64,000 nt of DNA. Source: Octopus sinensis. Taxonomy: Eukaryota. Both the position numbers and the translations under genes were made by a program. The stretch lies in assembly GCF_006345805.1 (NCBI RefSeq), contig NC_042999.1, positions 90,086,001 to 90,150,000 of the forward strand, written 5' to 3'. The notes beneath the pieces were generated by a model, which did no database searches, was not told the origin of the DNA, and saw only the letters and a program-made list of their open reading frames with translations. Shown one piece after another: positions 36,401 to 48,775 of this stretch. Position 1 is the stretch's first letter. Each line of letters begins with the position of its first letter.

Positions 36401-36832
36401 TTTTAGAATAATTTCCAAACAAAAAGGTGTGTGATTTAAGGGAGATTTATCTGTTGTTTCCAGCACATTCCACAACCACCCGGTACTTTCCTTGTTTCTT
36501 TGTCACTCTGATGTGTATTGATATTTTTCAATATTTTTCTCCTCATAAACAAATTTTATGGAATGACGACGCAGTGGTCCATTGCTGGGGTTTAGGCAAT
36601 GAAAGCAGAAAAAAAACATTTTAATCTTTAACCCCACCATCCTGCATCAAGTGAGTCCATGTGTGTGTGTGAGAAAAATGAAATTTACTAACAGAAGAAT
36701 ATGTTATTAAACTAAAGCATCTTTTACATAACCTTTTTCAAAATCACTGTTACTCTAATGCACACATATACACAATCAGCTGGAGTAAGGATATACTTTT
36801 ATAGAGAGTAAGAAATTTAACCATGAGAAAAT

Positions 36833-36868
<36 letters not shown>

Positions 36869-37384
36869 GAGAGAGAGAGATCTTTTATATTGCTGTCACA
36901 GACTTTGAAATTTAAAAAGTGAAAATTTTCAAATTGATGTACTTTTTCAGATGAATATGTTTGTAATTAATTTATTCCAGAACAAAATTTTAGAAAGATG
37001 TTATAGAAGTTCGAGCATTTTTATCCAATCAGAAAACAAAATTTGTACATAATAGCTGTGATAAATGAAAGTAAACATTAGAAGATGAAGTTTTAAACAA
37101 AATGAAAGTAAAGCGTGGAGTTAATACACAGAAAGAGAGTAAGTGTCCAAGGATATTGTAAATATATATACAGAGATAGAGTGATGGTGTGAAGTAGAGA
37201 GTGGGAGATTTGTCGATCTAAAAGTTGAGTTATTTCTCGTAGAAAACTATATCATTATTATTTAAGGACGACATTGTCATTAGGAAACAGATTTCAAAAA
37301 TCAAATTCGTTTTTCTCGAGGATAGAGCCTTTCAGAGCTAAACACACCTACATTACCACATACACTCGCATTTATATAGTAGAA

Positions 37385-37530
37385 ATGTGTGTGTGTATTT
37401 GCGTGTCCTCGACCCCCACCTCAACTCGCCGATTACCTGTCAATCATCGTTGATGTTTTTACGTCCATGTAACTTGGTGGTTCGGCAAAAGAGACCGTTA
37501 GAACAAATACCTGGCTTTAAAAAAATACTA
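37385..37530 (+). mobile_element. 3' portion of the CORE-type SINE
   Basis: tgtcctcgacccc...tttacgtccatgtaacttggtggttcggcaaaagagaccg matches the 3' part of the copies at 12345 and 33912. Confidence 0.65.
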
Positions 37531-38132
37531 AGTAAACAATTACTTCACAAAAACCTCAGAGTTATGACAGTGTAAATATTGATTGTAAATACACATATAA
37601 ATTATTTAAATGTACCCAGCATTCTTTTTTTCACCCTTTGTAAGTGTGCACATAATCATACACTAATGCACATCATATATTGCATAATCAATATCGTATG
37701 TACTTCCTGGACCTATCTTGAAATTTTCACATCTGTCACACTTACTTTGATTTACTTGCAGCATTTTGATGCCTGCTATGATCATAAATTAGGAGGAGAT
37801 CTGTTAAATCTATACATGTATAAACATAGCTAAGCTAACACACAATGTAACTGTGATTTTAAATTTAATACTAGGACTGGTTTATTTCCAGCTAAAGTGA
37901 AACTAACTCTACATCTCTGGAATTCCTGTAGTTGTGACTGGAATCCCTTTTACTTGACTCAGCTAACATATTTGTCTCCCTACTTTTAGTGACTTTTACT
38001 GAGTGTAGTGGTAACATGTAGGCTATCAAGTAAAGACTGGTAGATTATGTGTGTTCTGGGGAATCATGAAGTGTCACGTTCCTGGTAAAATTTTAATTTC
38101 TCTTTGGGACAAAGAATATGAACCTCACATTA

Positions 38133-38178
<46 letters not shown>

Positions 38179-38429
38179 TTTCTCTGAAATAAAATAGACA
38201 GCAAAGAAATATGATAAGAATGTTTACTAAGGAATGAGTAAGACGATAGCTATCCTCCGGGGGTGGAGGACACTGAAGGAACTTGAGACTAGATAGATTC
38301 TGTGGCCCTAAGAAATGAGAATTTGAACATAAAAAATTAGAGGCTGGCCCAAATTTACAAACAGAAGTGGATATAACCTATAAGTTTCACCAGAAAGGAA
38401 ATATTAAAACTATGGCAATAATGTAGAGT

Positions 38430-39345
38430 GTGGATCGCACAGGTCGACCACTTTATAAACGTGTGTTTACTGTAATCAAATGTATTATACGTTTAATTTG
38501 GCAATCGCACAGGGCAGCCGAAAGCCACACTACGCCACGGAATGACAAACATCTATTCTCTCTACATTAACAGTAACATTTATGACCAGTAGAATGAAGG
38601 TATTGAAAAATCCTACATAGTCGTGAGATCGAATAAAAAACAAGTAAATATGATATTGATTTACGACCTACATCACAACAAAACAGTAAAGTTTCATTAT
38701 TCTTCCGAAGTTCACTTCTTACCTGCAAGTATTTCCCTAAATACATTTATCCTCGTTAACTTCTCACAGATAAAAGGGGCCAAGGGGTTTAACGAAGCAA
38801 GTTGCAAGATTTAATCGTTTCATTGTCAAATAAGAACAATGAAACCATATCTATTTAATAATAGTCGAAACTGTATACATCAATAAGTAGAAAATATGTA
38901 AATATTTTTGTCTTGCATAGATGAGTAAGTTTCATGACTGTAACAGATGTAATTTTTCGCATGAGACAGAAATCGTCATTTCAAAACATTTTTATGTTGT
39001 CATTAGCAACTCGATTACCACTTATATCACAATCAAATTTTATGTTTGCTGAATAAGATTAATAGAAATAAAATTTCTATTTATATCGCAAAGAAATATC
39101 GAATGACTGATGAGTAATTATTTTTATAGCGAGAAATAATTTTACGATCCTTATTTTATCAGCAGTCAAATAACAAACAAAGAAAAAATATACATTGTGG
39201 CGCAAGGTTGTCATACTCTCCCTTTACAGAAATTTGTGCTTGGTTTAAGCGGCACACAATGGCGCTAATACAGATTTACGATGGGACAATGTTAAAACGT
39301 TAGGTTTTCTTATTTTATTTTTTTTTTATCGGGAACGACTTCAGG
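38430..39345. promoter_or_regulatory. CpG-retaining promoter/5'UTR region of the BLTP3-like gene
   Basis: CpG density is visibly higher than in the flanks, directly upstream of the ATG at 39346. YY1-like ATGGCG at 39259. TSS not determinable. Confidence 0.5.
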
Positions 39346-39389
39346 ATGACATCGTTACTAAAGAACCAGATCCTGAAGCATTTATCAAG
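39346..39389 (+). CDS. BLTP3: First coding exon of a BLTP3 (UHRF1BP1/UHRF1BP1L, SHIP164-like) bridge-like lipid transfer protein
   Basis: ATG ACA TCG TTA CTA AAG AAC CAG ATC CTG AAG CAT TTA TCA AG|GTAAGT gives MTSLLKNQILKHLS. This matches the family N-terminus I recall (human MAGIIKKQILKHLSR; fly MVSLIKNQLLKHLS). Perfect donor, phase 2. Confidence 0.8.
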
Positions 39390-40239
39390 GTAAGTGATAT
39401 TTATGTGCCATACAAAAGTGATGAAGATGGTTATAGTGGTCAGTGTAAGGCCACGGCAGCTAGCTACTCCCACTACACACATCATGTTGACTCAGTGAAT
39501 ACAGTATCATTTTACAGTGATACAATTTCTCTTTTACAAGGATTACATATAAGATATGAACACGCTATTACGATTTAAATGGACAGTGTCTTTTGATTTT
39601 TACTTAAGATCTGCGTTAATGTGTTTTATGGATAACATAGACGTCCTATCTCTCCATCCATCGTTATTTATATTTATTTCATCTATCTATCTTTCTATCT
39701 ACATACGCGTGCACATACATACACGTACTTATACACACACGCACACATACATACACATACTTATACATACTTTCACACACGCACACATTTGTTGAAGGCT
39801 GATGATTCATTCTTTCTGTCTCTACTCGGAGTTTTTTTTACTACATGTGATCCTTCTGTCGCTTGAAGGGTCACACACACACACACACACACATCTAATT
39901 GTTTAATCTCAGGTCAGCTTTTCTTTGTAGACTTTTAATCTAAAACGCGTTCCATCTATGACTATTTCTTTCCAGACATTGTGTCTAGGATTATAATTTT
40001 CATTGTTTTTTCATTTTATAAGATGTTAGCGTGTGATTTCAGGTAGCTTTAGTTTTTTTTTTAATATTTTAGCTTGCCGCTTACTCATTTCTCATCCTGT
40101 TTGTAGTTACCACACACTCACTCGTACATACGAATCGGTAAATCTCGGTATGTGCGTGTGTGTGTATATATATATATATATTTATTAAGTATAGGAAAGA
40201 ATGGAGCTGAACGAAGATTTAACAAACTTCCTTTATTTT

Positions 40240-40325
40240 ATTTTCGACATATGTTTCGAAGTCTGCAAAGCCCCTAATTCCGAGTGAATAAGGAGTCCAT
40301 TATGCAGTTTTCTCTTCAGGAAAAT
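40240..40325 (-). ncRNA. Minimal type I hammerhead ribozyme with intact core (family 3)
   Basis: ATTTTC-CTGAAGA-[G...C extended stem II]-GAAAC-ATAT-GTC/GAAAAT. 6-bp stem I, all conserved core nucleotides present, predicted cleavage between 40246 and 40245. Confidence 0.88.
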
Positions 40326-40421
40326 CCAGGAACTTAATTCTCCAACAAAATGCACAAGTTTGCTACCCAGGTATCGGTTATCTTTCGAATTATCCGTAAT
40401 AAGATAATTCATTTGTCTACC

Positions 40422-40459
<38 letters not shown>

Positions 40460-41179
40460 CACACACGCATATCCCGAGCAAATCAACTTTACCATTATCA
40501 GTTCAACATACACATATCCTGAGGAAATAAACTTTATTTTGTACATTAGTCGTGGATTAATCTGAATCGCTCATTATGAACCAGAATTTAGTTTCCCTTA
40601 ACTTAATATTTTCCTTAGATTAAAACTACGAGACTCTAAGGATCGGTTGAAATACTTTCCACTTTTGCGGCCTTTAGCTTAGTGCGGGTGAGGCATCTGG
40701 TGATGTCCACTTATTGTCTGGTCGAGTTAGTTGTCTTTTTTTGTCCCTCGCCCTTGCAGTGATGGAAAACTATATAATATTCTCTGTTCTTAAAACGTGA
40801 GAAATATCTTCTGATGTGTCCTATTTGGTTTGGTTGAGACATTCTGATTATATCTCCCCTAACGTCAAATGAGATCTGTGAATGACCCCTAACATAGGCG
40901 TGGGTGGATCGTTCTTATGTCTCCCATCCTTAATATGCGTACGACGCTCTGATTATATCCGCTTGCTTTGGTTGGGTCAGGCACTTCTTTTAAGCAATGT
41001 CATTTTAATTAGAATAGTTAAATACCGTTAGTAGTATTTCTTCTGCTTTAAGTTGCTGTACATTTCTTAAACGTCAACTTTGACATTTCCATAGTGAGAA
41101 TTAATTTATGTTAACACGACCTAGATGTCCCCCCTGCTTATGTGTCTCCCGTTATCAGGCGCTATTCTCTTGAGCCGTT

Positions 41180-41450
41180 TCACCGTCTTGTTCTTTAAGT
41201 TTGTCTTGCATTGATCGGACCAGATCTATGATCAGAGACGTTCCATCCACGATTAATTAATATTCTTTTTCTTTTCTGACAGTGAATCTAAGATTACATT
41301 ATCAATTGTGCTCGGTCTTGTTTTTCGAAAACAGTTAGGTGTGATCTGAAGGAGATTTAGCTGCTATTTCTAGCGCGGTTCGAGCAACTATGCAAATGCT
41401 CTTGCGATTTGGTTGTTATTTCTAGCAGGACGGGCGCCACGTAGACGCTC
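41180..41450 (-). repeat. Dispersed repeat family with gatttagctgctatttctagc core (two adjacent copies)
   Basis: Related copies at ~7040-7140, 29440-29560, 39880-40040, 53480-54010 (about three tandem), 57800-57995, 59120-59250 and 59940-60070. Class not determined. Confidence 0.6.
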
Positions 41451-42619
41451 CCAAGTTTATAGATTTGACAAGAATGTCAATTGCAGAAAATAACCAAACA
41501 CATCACTAAACATAGCAGATGTGATGATGCTTACAATTATATTGTAGCCAGCTTTTTCTAATTTCATTTCTCGTCTTTAATCTTGACTTACCTCAGCGTT
41601 TTAGTCATATATAAGATAGACTTATAAATCCAATGACCATAGTTTTCTTTTTTTTTCGTTGGTTTTGATTGTCAAAGGAGCTATGCACGTGGCCATCATA
41701 GACCTTTTGTGATTGGTGGGATTGACCTCGCTGCTTAGGATGTTGTAAGAAATACATGTGGAGGGAGGGAGGGAGTTCTCGAGGACTGACATTCTGAGAA
41801 AGACTGGGCATAGTGTTTAGTGTGTGTGTGTAGGGGTGGTGGTGCTGGTGGTAGACAATGTGTTTAACAACAAAAAGAGGAGAGAGATAAGTTAGTTCAA
41901 GTGCCTGAATGAGAGTGTTTCAAGATCAGTCATCCCTGAAGAGCAAAGGCCACTGTAGTAGCAGTTGAAAAAGTAGAGAGGAGACAATATGTGTGTGGGC
42001 AAGAGATTAGAGTATATTTGTGAGTCACTTTTTGCCAATTACTTAATTGGCTTTTCTTTGGATGTCTGTTTGAAGTAGTAGCACAGTTCCAGATGTGATA
42101 ATAGTTCTCTATTGTGGGCTAACCTGTGCTTTGTATAGACTTAAGTTCTTGGCTGGTGTGTTTTCTGGTTCTGAAGTGAAAGGTCAGTCTTTGAGCCATC
42201 ATATTTACTATATGTTCACCAAGAAAGATCCTTAATGATATTGAGAACTAGCATTTGAAGTGATCAAGAGGGTTTAACCCTTTAGCATTCAGATTTCTTT
42301 GTCAAATATAATGCTTATTTATTTGCATTGTTTTGAATTAATTTTGTAGCTTCAAGATTTCAATTATGTGTTTGTAAGGTGGGTGTGAGAGGTTGGATCT
42401 GGTCAGTTTTAGCATAAAACAGACAGAATATTTTGGCTGGATATCATTGGATTGAATGCTAAAAGGTTAAAGTGTTTGATCTGATAATGTTTTCCTAATA
42501 TACGTAGTGATTGTAGTTTTTGCAACTGAAAGCTGCAAGATTTGTATTTCCTCATTGGAGGATACTTTCAAGGTCTCTCTCTGTTCTCAGAGTCAGTGCA
42601 GATTCACTGTGAAGTGTCT

Positions 42620-42990
42620 AGGTTAGGTACTGTAATTTAGGGAAGAATGAAGAGTCATGTTATCTGTATAGGGGTAGGTATTGTTGGTAGTGATGAATAA
42701 AAGGTTAAGTATAGATGGAAAAGTGTCAGGACAAAACCAGACCCTGGGGCACAGTAGAATTGATAGAGTGTGGGTCAGACCAGGCTCCATCAATGCACAG
42801 CAAACCACTGATCCATGCGATGAAGGATGAACGGAGTCCATAGGTGGGCAGTTTTGATTTGCATGTTAGTTACATCAAAAACTTTGCTGATGTCGCAGGC
42901 AACAACGTTGCTTTCACCAAATTTCTTGAGTACATTACTTAAACCAAGCATAAATTTCTGTAAAGGGAACATATGCCAATCTTGCTCCAC
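42620..42990 (-). mobile_element. CR1/Jockey-like RT fragment
   Basis: VVACDISKVFD, VPQGLVLS and YPYTDNMTLHS (YADD-like). Confidence 0.65.
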
Positions 42991-43699
42991 AATGAATTTG
43001 TAATTTTACTACTGATAAAATAATGATAGTAAAATAACTACTTGCTATAAAAATGATTGTTTGATATTCAATATTTCTTTGTCTTATAAACTCTATTGAT
43101 TTTATTTAGCAAATATACAATTTAACTGATGTAAGTAGTAATTGGGTTGCTAATGACAACATACATTAACTTGTGTGTACACCTGGTAGTGTGGGAGTGC
43201 ATGTGTTTATATACATGTGTATCAGTAGGTATGTGTGTGTGCATAGATTTGTAGATGTTTTTACTGCCAAGCCTCCTATTCCTATTTGTACTCTTTGACC
43301 ACTCTTAGCCTCTTAACACTCACTTCCTTGTCTCTCTTATCTTAATCACTCAACCCCCTATTGTTCTACATTTGTTTACTCCTACCCCACCCTGCAGTTT
43401 GAAATCCTTTCATCTCCCTATCTTCCACTTTCCTGATACTAGCCATTGGATCCCTACTGCCATCCTCATTATTCCTGTCCAGTGTACTCTTATTTCCCTA
43501 TCACACATCTTGTCACACTTACCTATCCATTTGTATGAGACTCACCTACATCCTGTTTCCCCTACTACCACCCTCACCACTTGAGTTCTTCAGTGCACTT
43601 TATCTTCATCCTCATCTTTCCCTTCTGTACTGCCAGTCATCTTCCCCTTTCTTGTCCAGGAATCCAAGCAAGCTCAGTCCAATGGCGTTGCATGTGTGT

Positions 43700-45020
43700 G
43701 TTTATATATGTATGACTGCAAGCTACTGGCCCATCATGGGTAGTTGCGACAAGAGCAAAAGCGATACTTAAGAGAGAAAGGAATTACAGATGTATGAAAT
43801 GGTTGGACCAGACAATGACGGTCACAGAAAGAGTCACAGCACAATTGATCTGGAACAGAATTAGCCTTGATGAGATGCAATTTGGCTTTATGCCCAGAAA
43901 AAGTACCACAGATACTATCTTCCTGGTATGGCAACTGCAGGAGAAGTACTTTACTAAAAGTAATTCACTATACCTAGCATATGTTGACTTACAGAGGGCC
44001 TTTGACAGTGTGACACATTATGCTATTTGGTGGTTACTAAAAAAACTTAAGTGTAGATGAATGGCTTTTGAAGTTTGTATAAGCCAGGGGTCCCCAAACT
44101 TTTTAGACCATTGACCCCTTCATGGAATCCTTGACTCTTTATCAACCCCCAGGCATGTACAATAAAATAAATAAATAATGATAAGTAGATGTGCATTTAT
44201 CGACCCCTTGAATAGTCCCATTGACCCCCCAGGGGTTGATATCGACCACTTTATAGACCCCTGGTATAAGCTATGTACAAAGGTGCTGTCAGTAAGGCGA
44301 GAGTTGGTAATCAGTTCCATGATGGATTTTGGGTGAAGATAGATGTCCATCAAAAGTTCTGTTTTTATCTTCTTCTTGTTGATCATAGTCCTGTAGGTCA
44401 TCACAGAGGAGTTCAAGATTGGCTGTCCTTGGGATTATTGTATGCTGATGACCTAGCTCTTATAGCTGAATTTATGATAGAATTAAAGAAGAAATTCCAG
44501 GAAACAACTTAGAATCAAGAGGCCTCAAAGTAAACTTAGCTAAGGCTAAGATGTTAGTAGGCAGAAAATAAGAGAGGACCCTGGTACCATCAAGGAAATG
44601 ACCTTACTTGAGAAGGAGTAAGTAGGGACTCCATTCTAAGCCGTGGGTTCACAAGAGATGTTGTGGAATTAGCATTGACAGGTTAATTGAGAAAGCAGGC
44701 TTTGTATGGGACAGATACATGGGGAAATAGGCACTAAATGCTTGGCTTACTAGCAATAGTGGATAGTTTCTGTTACACAGGTAACATAAGTAGCAGTAGA
44801 AGTGATTCTTCTGCAAGTATAGAATGTAAGAACTAGCTGGTAAAAGTCCAGGGAACTTTTGCCTCTGCTTGCAACAAAGGCCTTCTCTCTTAGGGTGAAG
44901 GAGAGATTGTATGATGCTAGTGTTTGAACTGTGATGCTGCATGGTAGTGAGACATAGGTTTTGAATGCAGAAGACTTGCAAAGGCTAGAAAGAAATGACA
45001 CAAGCATACTGTGATGGTTG
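43700..45020 (+). mobile_element. RTE LINE RT-domain fragment interrupted by a hAT MITE
   Basis: MQFGFMPRKSTTDTIF, AYVDLQRAFD, LYADDLALIAE; the RTE sequence resumes (AMYKGAVSK) after the insertion. Confidence 0.9.
44085..44263. mobile_element. 179-bp hAT-type MITE
   Basis: TIRs CAGGGGTC.../...GACCCCTG; perfect 8-bp TSD GTATAAGC at 44077-44084 and 44264-44271. Confidence 0.93.
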
Positions 45021-48000
45021 TTACATGAGAAAGGGAAGTATTCTTATTTTTCATGCAAGGAGATTGTTTAGATGTCCACAGTAACCATGAGCCTTATACA
45101 TCTTCACAATTCCACAGAAGGTAAGGTCTGAATCTTTATTGGGTATTTCATCTGAGGGAATGCCATTAATTTAAGATCCTAGAATCTTTTCTTCTGTATA
45201 AAACAATCAGTGGGAATGGTATGAGCCATGTTTCTGCTATCCTGTAGAACTTGTGAAACAGCAAAGTTTTTTTGACAATATCATGCTGGTGTTATTTCTA
45301 ACAATATCATGTTGGAAGCAAGTCAGTCCATTTTGGATTACATGTAAAGGTAATGAACAGATCAGGATGATCAAAGTTTCTGACATTGGTAATAGAATTT
45401 TGAGTGTATTCATGCATGTATCTGAGCCCTCATATAAAAGATGATGGCAAGGTGACCAACATTTGCTAGATTTTCATCATTGTTCAAGGCATCTTTTAGA
45501 TGAATTTATTTTCCAACTCTTAACTTAGACTGATTCCACCTTTTCATAAAAATCCACTATAACTGATTGAAAGGTTTGCAGAAGTTTCAGTTTGATCTGA
45601 TCAGCAACATATTAGCACAGAGATCATTTGCTGGCACCTTTCACCTTTCATCACATACTTCTCGAAAAATATATATGAGAAGATATTGCAATAAGTTAAA
45701 TGGATGGTGTATTTCTGAGACTGATGAGAAGTTGGTTACATTTATACAGATTTATGTCTCTTTTATGAAGTTCCTGCCCAACAGTGACTACCTCTTTGCA
45801 AATAGAAGCATGGAAAAGATGTTTGTGTTCTCTAGAGGATACTTTATCTATATAGAGATAACTTTCATTTCTATCCATATTTTCAAATACAATCTTTACA
45901 TAATCACCATGCTAATGCAATAGTTCTTGAATATCAAAAATAACGAAAAATCTGTGATGTTGTTACAACATTGCACTGTTTGTCTTGTTTGTCACCCTTG
46001 AAGTATATCTGTAGTGAAAGAAATGAACCTGTGTAATTTTAAATTTGCTTCTGTATTTTGAATGTAGACATTCATCTTTCTTTAACAACCCCACTAGCTC
46101 CAAAAGAAGTGATTTGGAAGCAAGAATTGTATCTTCTTTCCTTAGAAGTCATTTGTTTCTCTTAAACAATTAAGTGGTTTTGGAAGTATTGATATAGGTT
46201 GTAATTTTATCACTCCATTTAAACATTATATGCCTGAAGCGTCTCTTTATTATTTTTTTTTACTCCACAATATTCATATGTTAGAGACATTTCATTTAAC
46301 AAGATGTTACACACATTTCACTAATAAGATTCGTAATCCATGTTTTTGTCATATTCAATTGATTTTTCTTTAACTTGCCACTTCTCACTTCTTGCTGCTT
46401 GATTTCTAGCCTTGGTTTCTTAAAGATGATCTCACCTGTCTTCACTTTTTAGATTACTTGTCCCCATTATTTCAAAAGACTTTTTCCTTTGGTATTCTGG
46501 CTGCTGTTAGTGATTGTCAAGGTTGTATGCAAGAGGACATTGTTTAAATGGTTCTTTTAGTCATGTTGGTTATGATTAATCTAGGATTAATTATTTTGTC
46601 ACATACTCTGACTAACTTAGTTACTTATCCACTTCCCTTGCTAACAATATCCCTGTACCTTACATTTCAGCACCAAAAATGTTTGGTTGAGGTTCCTTTT
46701 TTGTACACAATACACATTTATTCACCTCTATTTCAGCATCTCTACAATTTCTGTAGACCTACCTATTATCAGGTTAATTTTGCTGATGACAGTCCTGGAG
46801 TTTTGTATTTAACAGGAAAAAGTTAATTTCCAGTGGTTGATTGGTTGTTTGATGTCTATTTTCAATGTTTAAATAGAAGAGAGTTGCTGCAATCATTTGA
46901 TAAGGGTTTGTCTGTCTCTTTGTTGGCATACACCTGGAATGATTTGAATTGACTCCAACCAATGCATTTACAGTTTTGCCGACAGTATCCCACTGCTTGC
47001 ATAATTGATGAATATTGAGAGGCTCTCATACACAGCCAAATGTACTCCTCTCACCACCCTGCTGCCATATTCATAACTAGCATGGTCAGTGCTAGTAGTC
47101 TGTATGTAAGTAATATTTTTCATTGCATTTGTGATTGTCTTGATATTGGTATGGTTTATTGGTTAGATGTTTTTCTTACCACCAACCATTTTACTGTAGT
47201 GCCTGTCAAGACAAAGATGTCCTATCTACACTATGTCAGTTTTTATTCAGAGTTATTGCTTTCTTAGAAGTATTGCCCTTGCTGTGGCTTGTGGAGTGCC
47301 CTCTCTCTGCAAAATTTCATTCGGAATTAGTTTTCCTAGTTGTTGCTGAATTCTCACCTGCTTTGTGTAGAATTTCATTCGGACTTATTATCCTGTTAGT
47401 TGGATTGTCATTTCACTATAGCTCATATCCCTCCATAATGTGAGGGATGCTCACACTGTGGAGATAGAAAGACTAAGTCTTTCTCTGTAATATTTCTAAA
47501 AGTGGGCGCAGCATGGAAGTTAACTGGTGGTTTTGTTTGGAATGTATAAATTCCTAAAAATGGAGTGTTATGCATAAAACAGACTGGTGGGTTTTAGTAA
47601 CTGGAATAATGCTGTCTGGTTGCACTTGTCATGATAGGAGCTAGGACAAGAGTATAAGGAACATTTAATGCTCCTGACTGAATGCATTTGCCAAGTAACG
47701 CTCAATAGAAAGCTAATGCTGACCAATAAAACCCCGAGAGAGGGAGAGCATTCATAGAGAGTTATTGTCTTTTAATTTTAAGAATAATTTTATCTAATCA
47801 AATGTTTCACCTCACTATATTACATATGTGAGAGTCTACCATGCAAAAACATTCCACTGAGGATATTTTCCTTGATCTCTATTATTGATATTCATAATCA
47901 GTGTCACTGTCTTCCTTTTTGTACATAAAATGATCAGCACTAAGTGTGCCATTTAACTTGAACATGCTTTGTTGAAGAGAGATAAGATCTAAAGGTGTCA

Positions 48001-48603
48001 TCCACTTATTTTAACAGTTGGCTTTACAGATAAGATCTATTTCTGTGATTTTCACTTCCCCTTATCATTAGATTCAATGTATTCATCTTCTTAACTCCAT
48101 TACAATATCTTTTCTTTTTTGTTAATTGGCACTCCGGAAAAAGAAATTAGTTACAGTGTAATTACTTGTTGGAAATATGAAGCTTTGCCAGAAACATACT
48201 TAGGAGAGTTATTAAGCATGATAATATCTTCAGTTGTTTTTATTTGTAAAGTGGTAGTTCATGTTGCTCTCTTATCACAACAGTTTCAGTAGAATTAAAT
48301 TTGTTAATAATGTTGTAATGTTAACTTTTAAATTACTAAAGTTTTTTATAATTCTTTTTATCAGAAGTGCACTATCAATACTGAAACAAACATGTGAAGA
48401 ACTTAAAGCATAGTTTTATAAAATACTGTATGTTTTAATGATTGATATATTACGTGTTGGTAACAGGAAGAGCATCTGGCTGTCAGCAACTGTCTTAGTG
48501 AATCTTATCCTATCCATGCCAGCATGGAAAAAGCAGACGTGAAAACAATGATGATTGTGGTTATAAACAGTGCTGAAAGTGAAAGTATTTATACTTGTAT
48601 GTT

Positions 48604-48775
48604 GGCACAGATGTGACTGTGTGGCTAAGAAGTTTGCTTCCTAACCATATGGTTTGGGGTTCAGTCCTATTACATGGAACTTTGTGTAAGTGTCTTCTAC
48701 TAAAACCTTGGACCAATCAAAGCTTTGTGGGTGGCTTTAGTTGACAGAAACTGAAAGAAGTCCATTGTATATATA
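48604..48775 (+). mobile_element. CORE-type tRNA SINE, 5' part
   Basis: ggcacagatgtgactgtgtggctaagaag...ggttcagtcct...aagtgtcttctact...aaactgaaagaag. Preceded by an RTE-type tail at ~48455-48560. Confidence 0.75.

Noticed and set aside
27590-45740. Other CTGATGA occurrences (~27594, 31440, 33216, 39107, 45721) as hammerhead cores
   Set aside because: None is followed by a stem II, GAAA and a closing stem I/III.
46780-47450. Coding-like composition on the minus strand
   Set aside because: Several in-frame stops and no recognisable motif; probably an old TE remnant.
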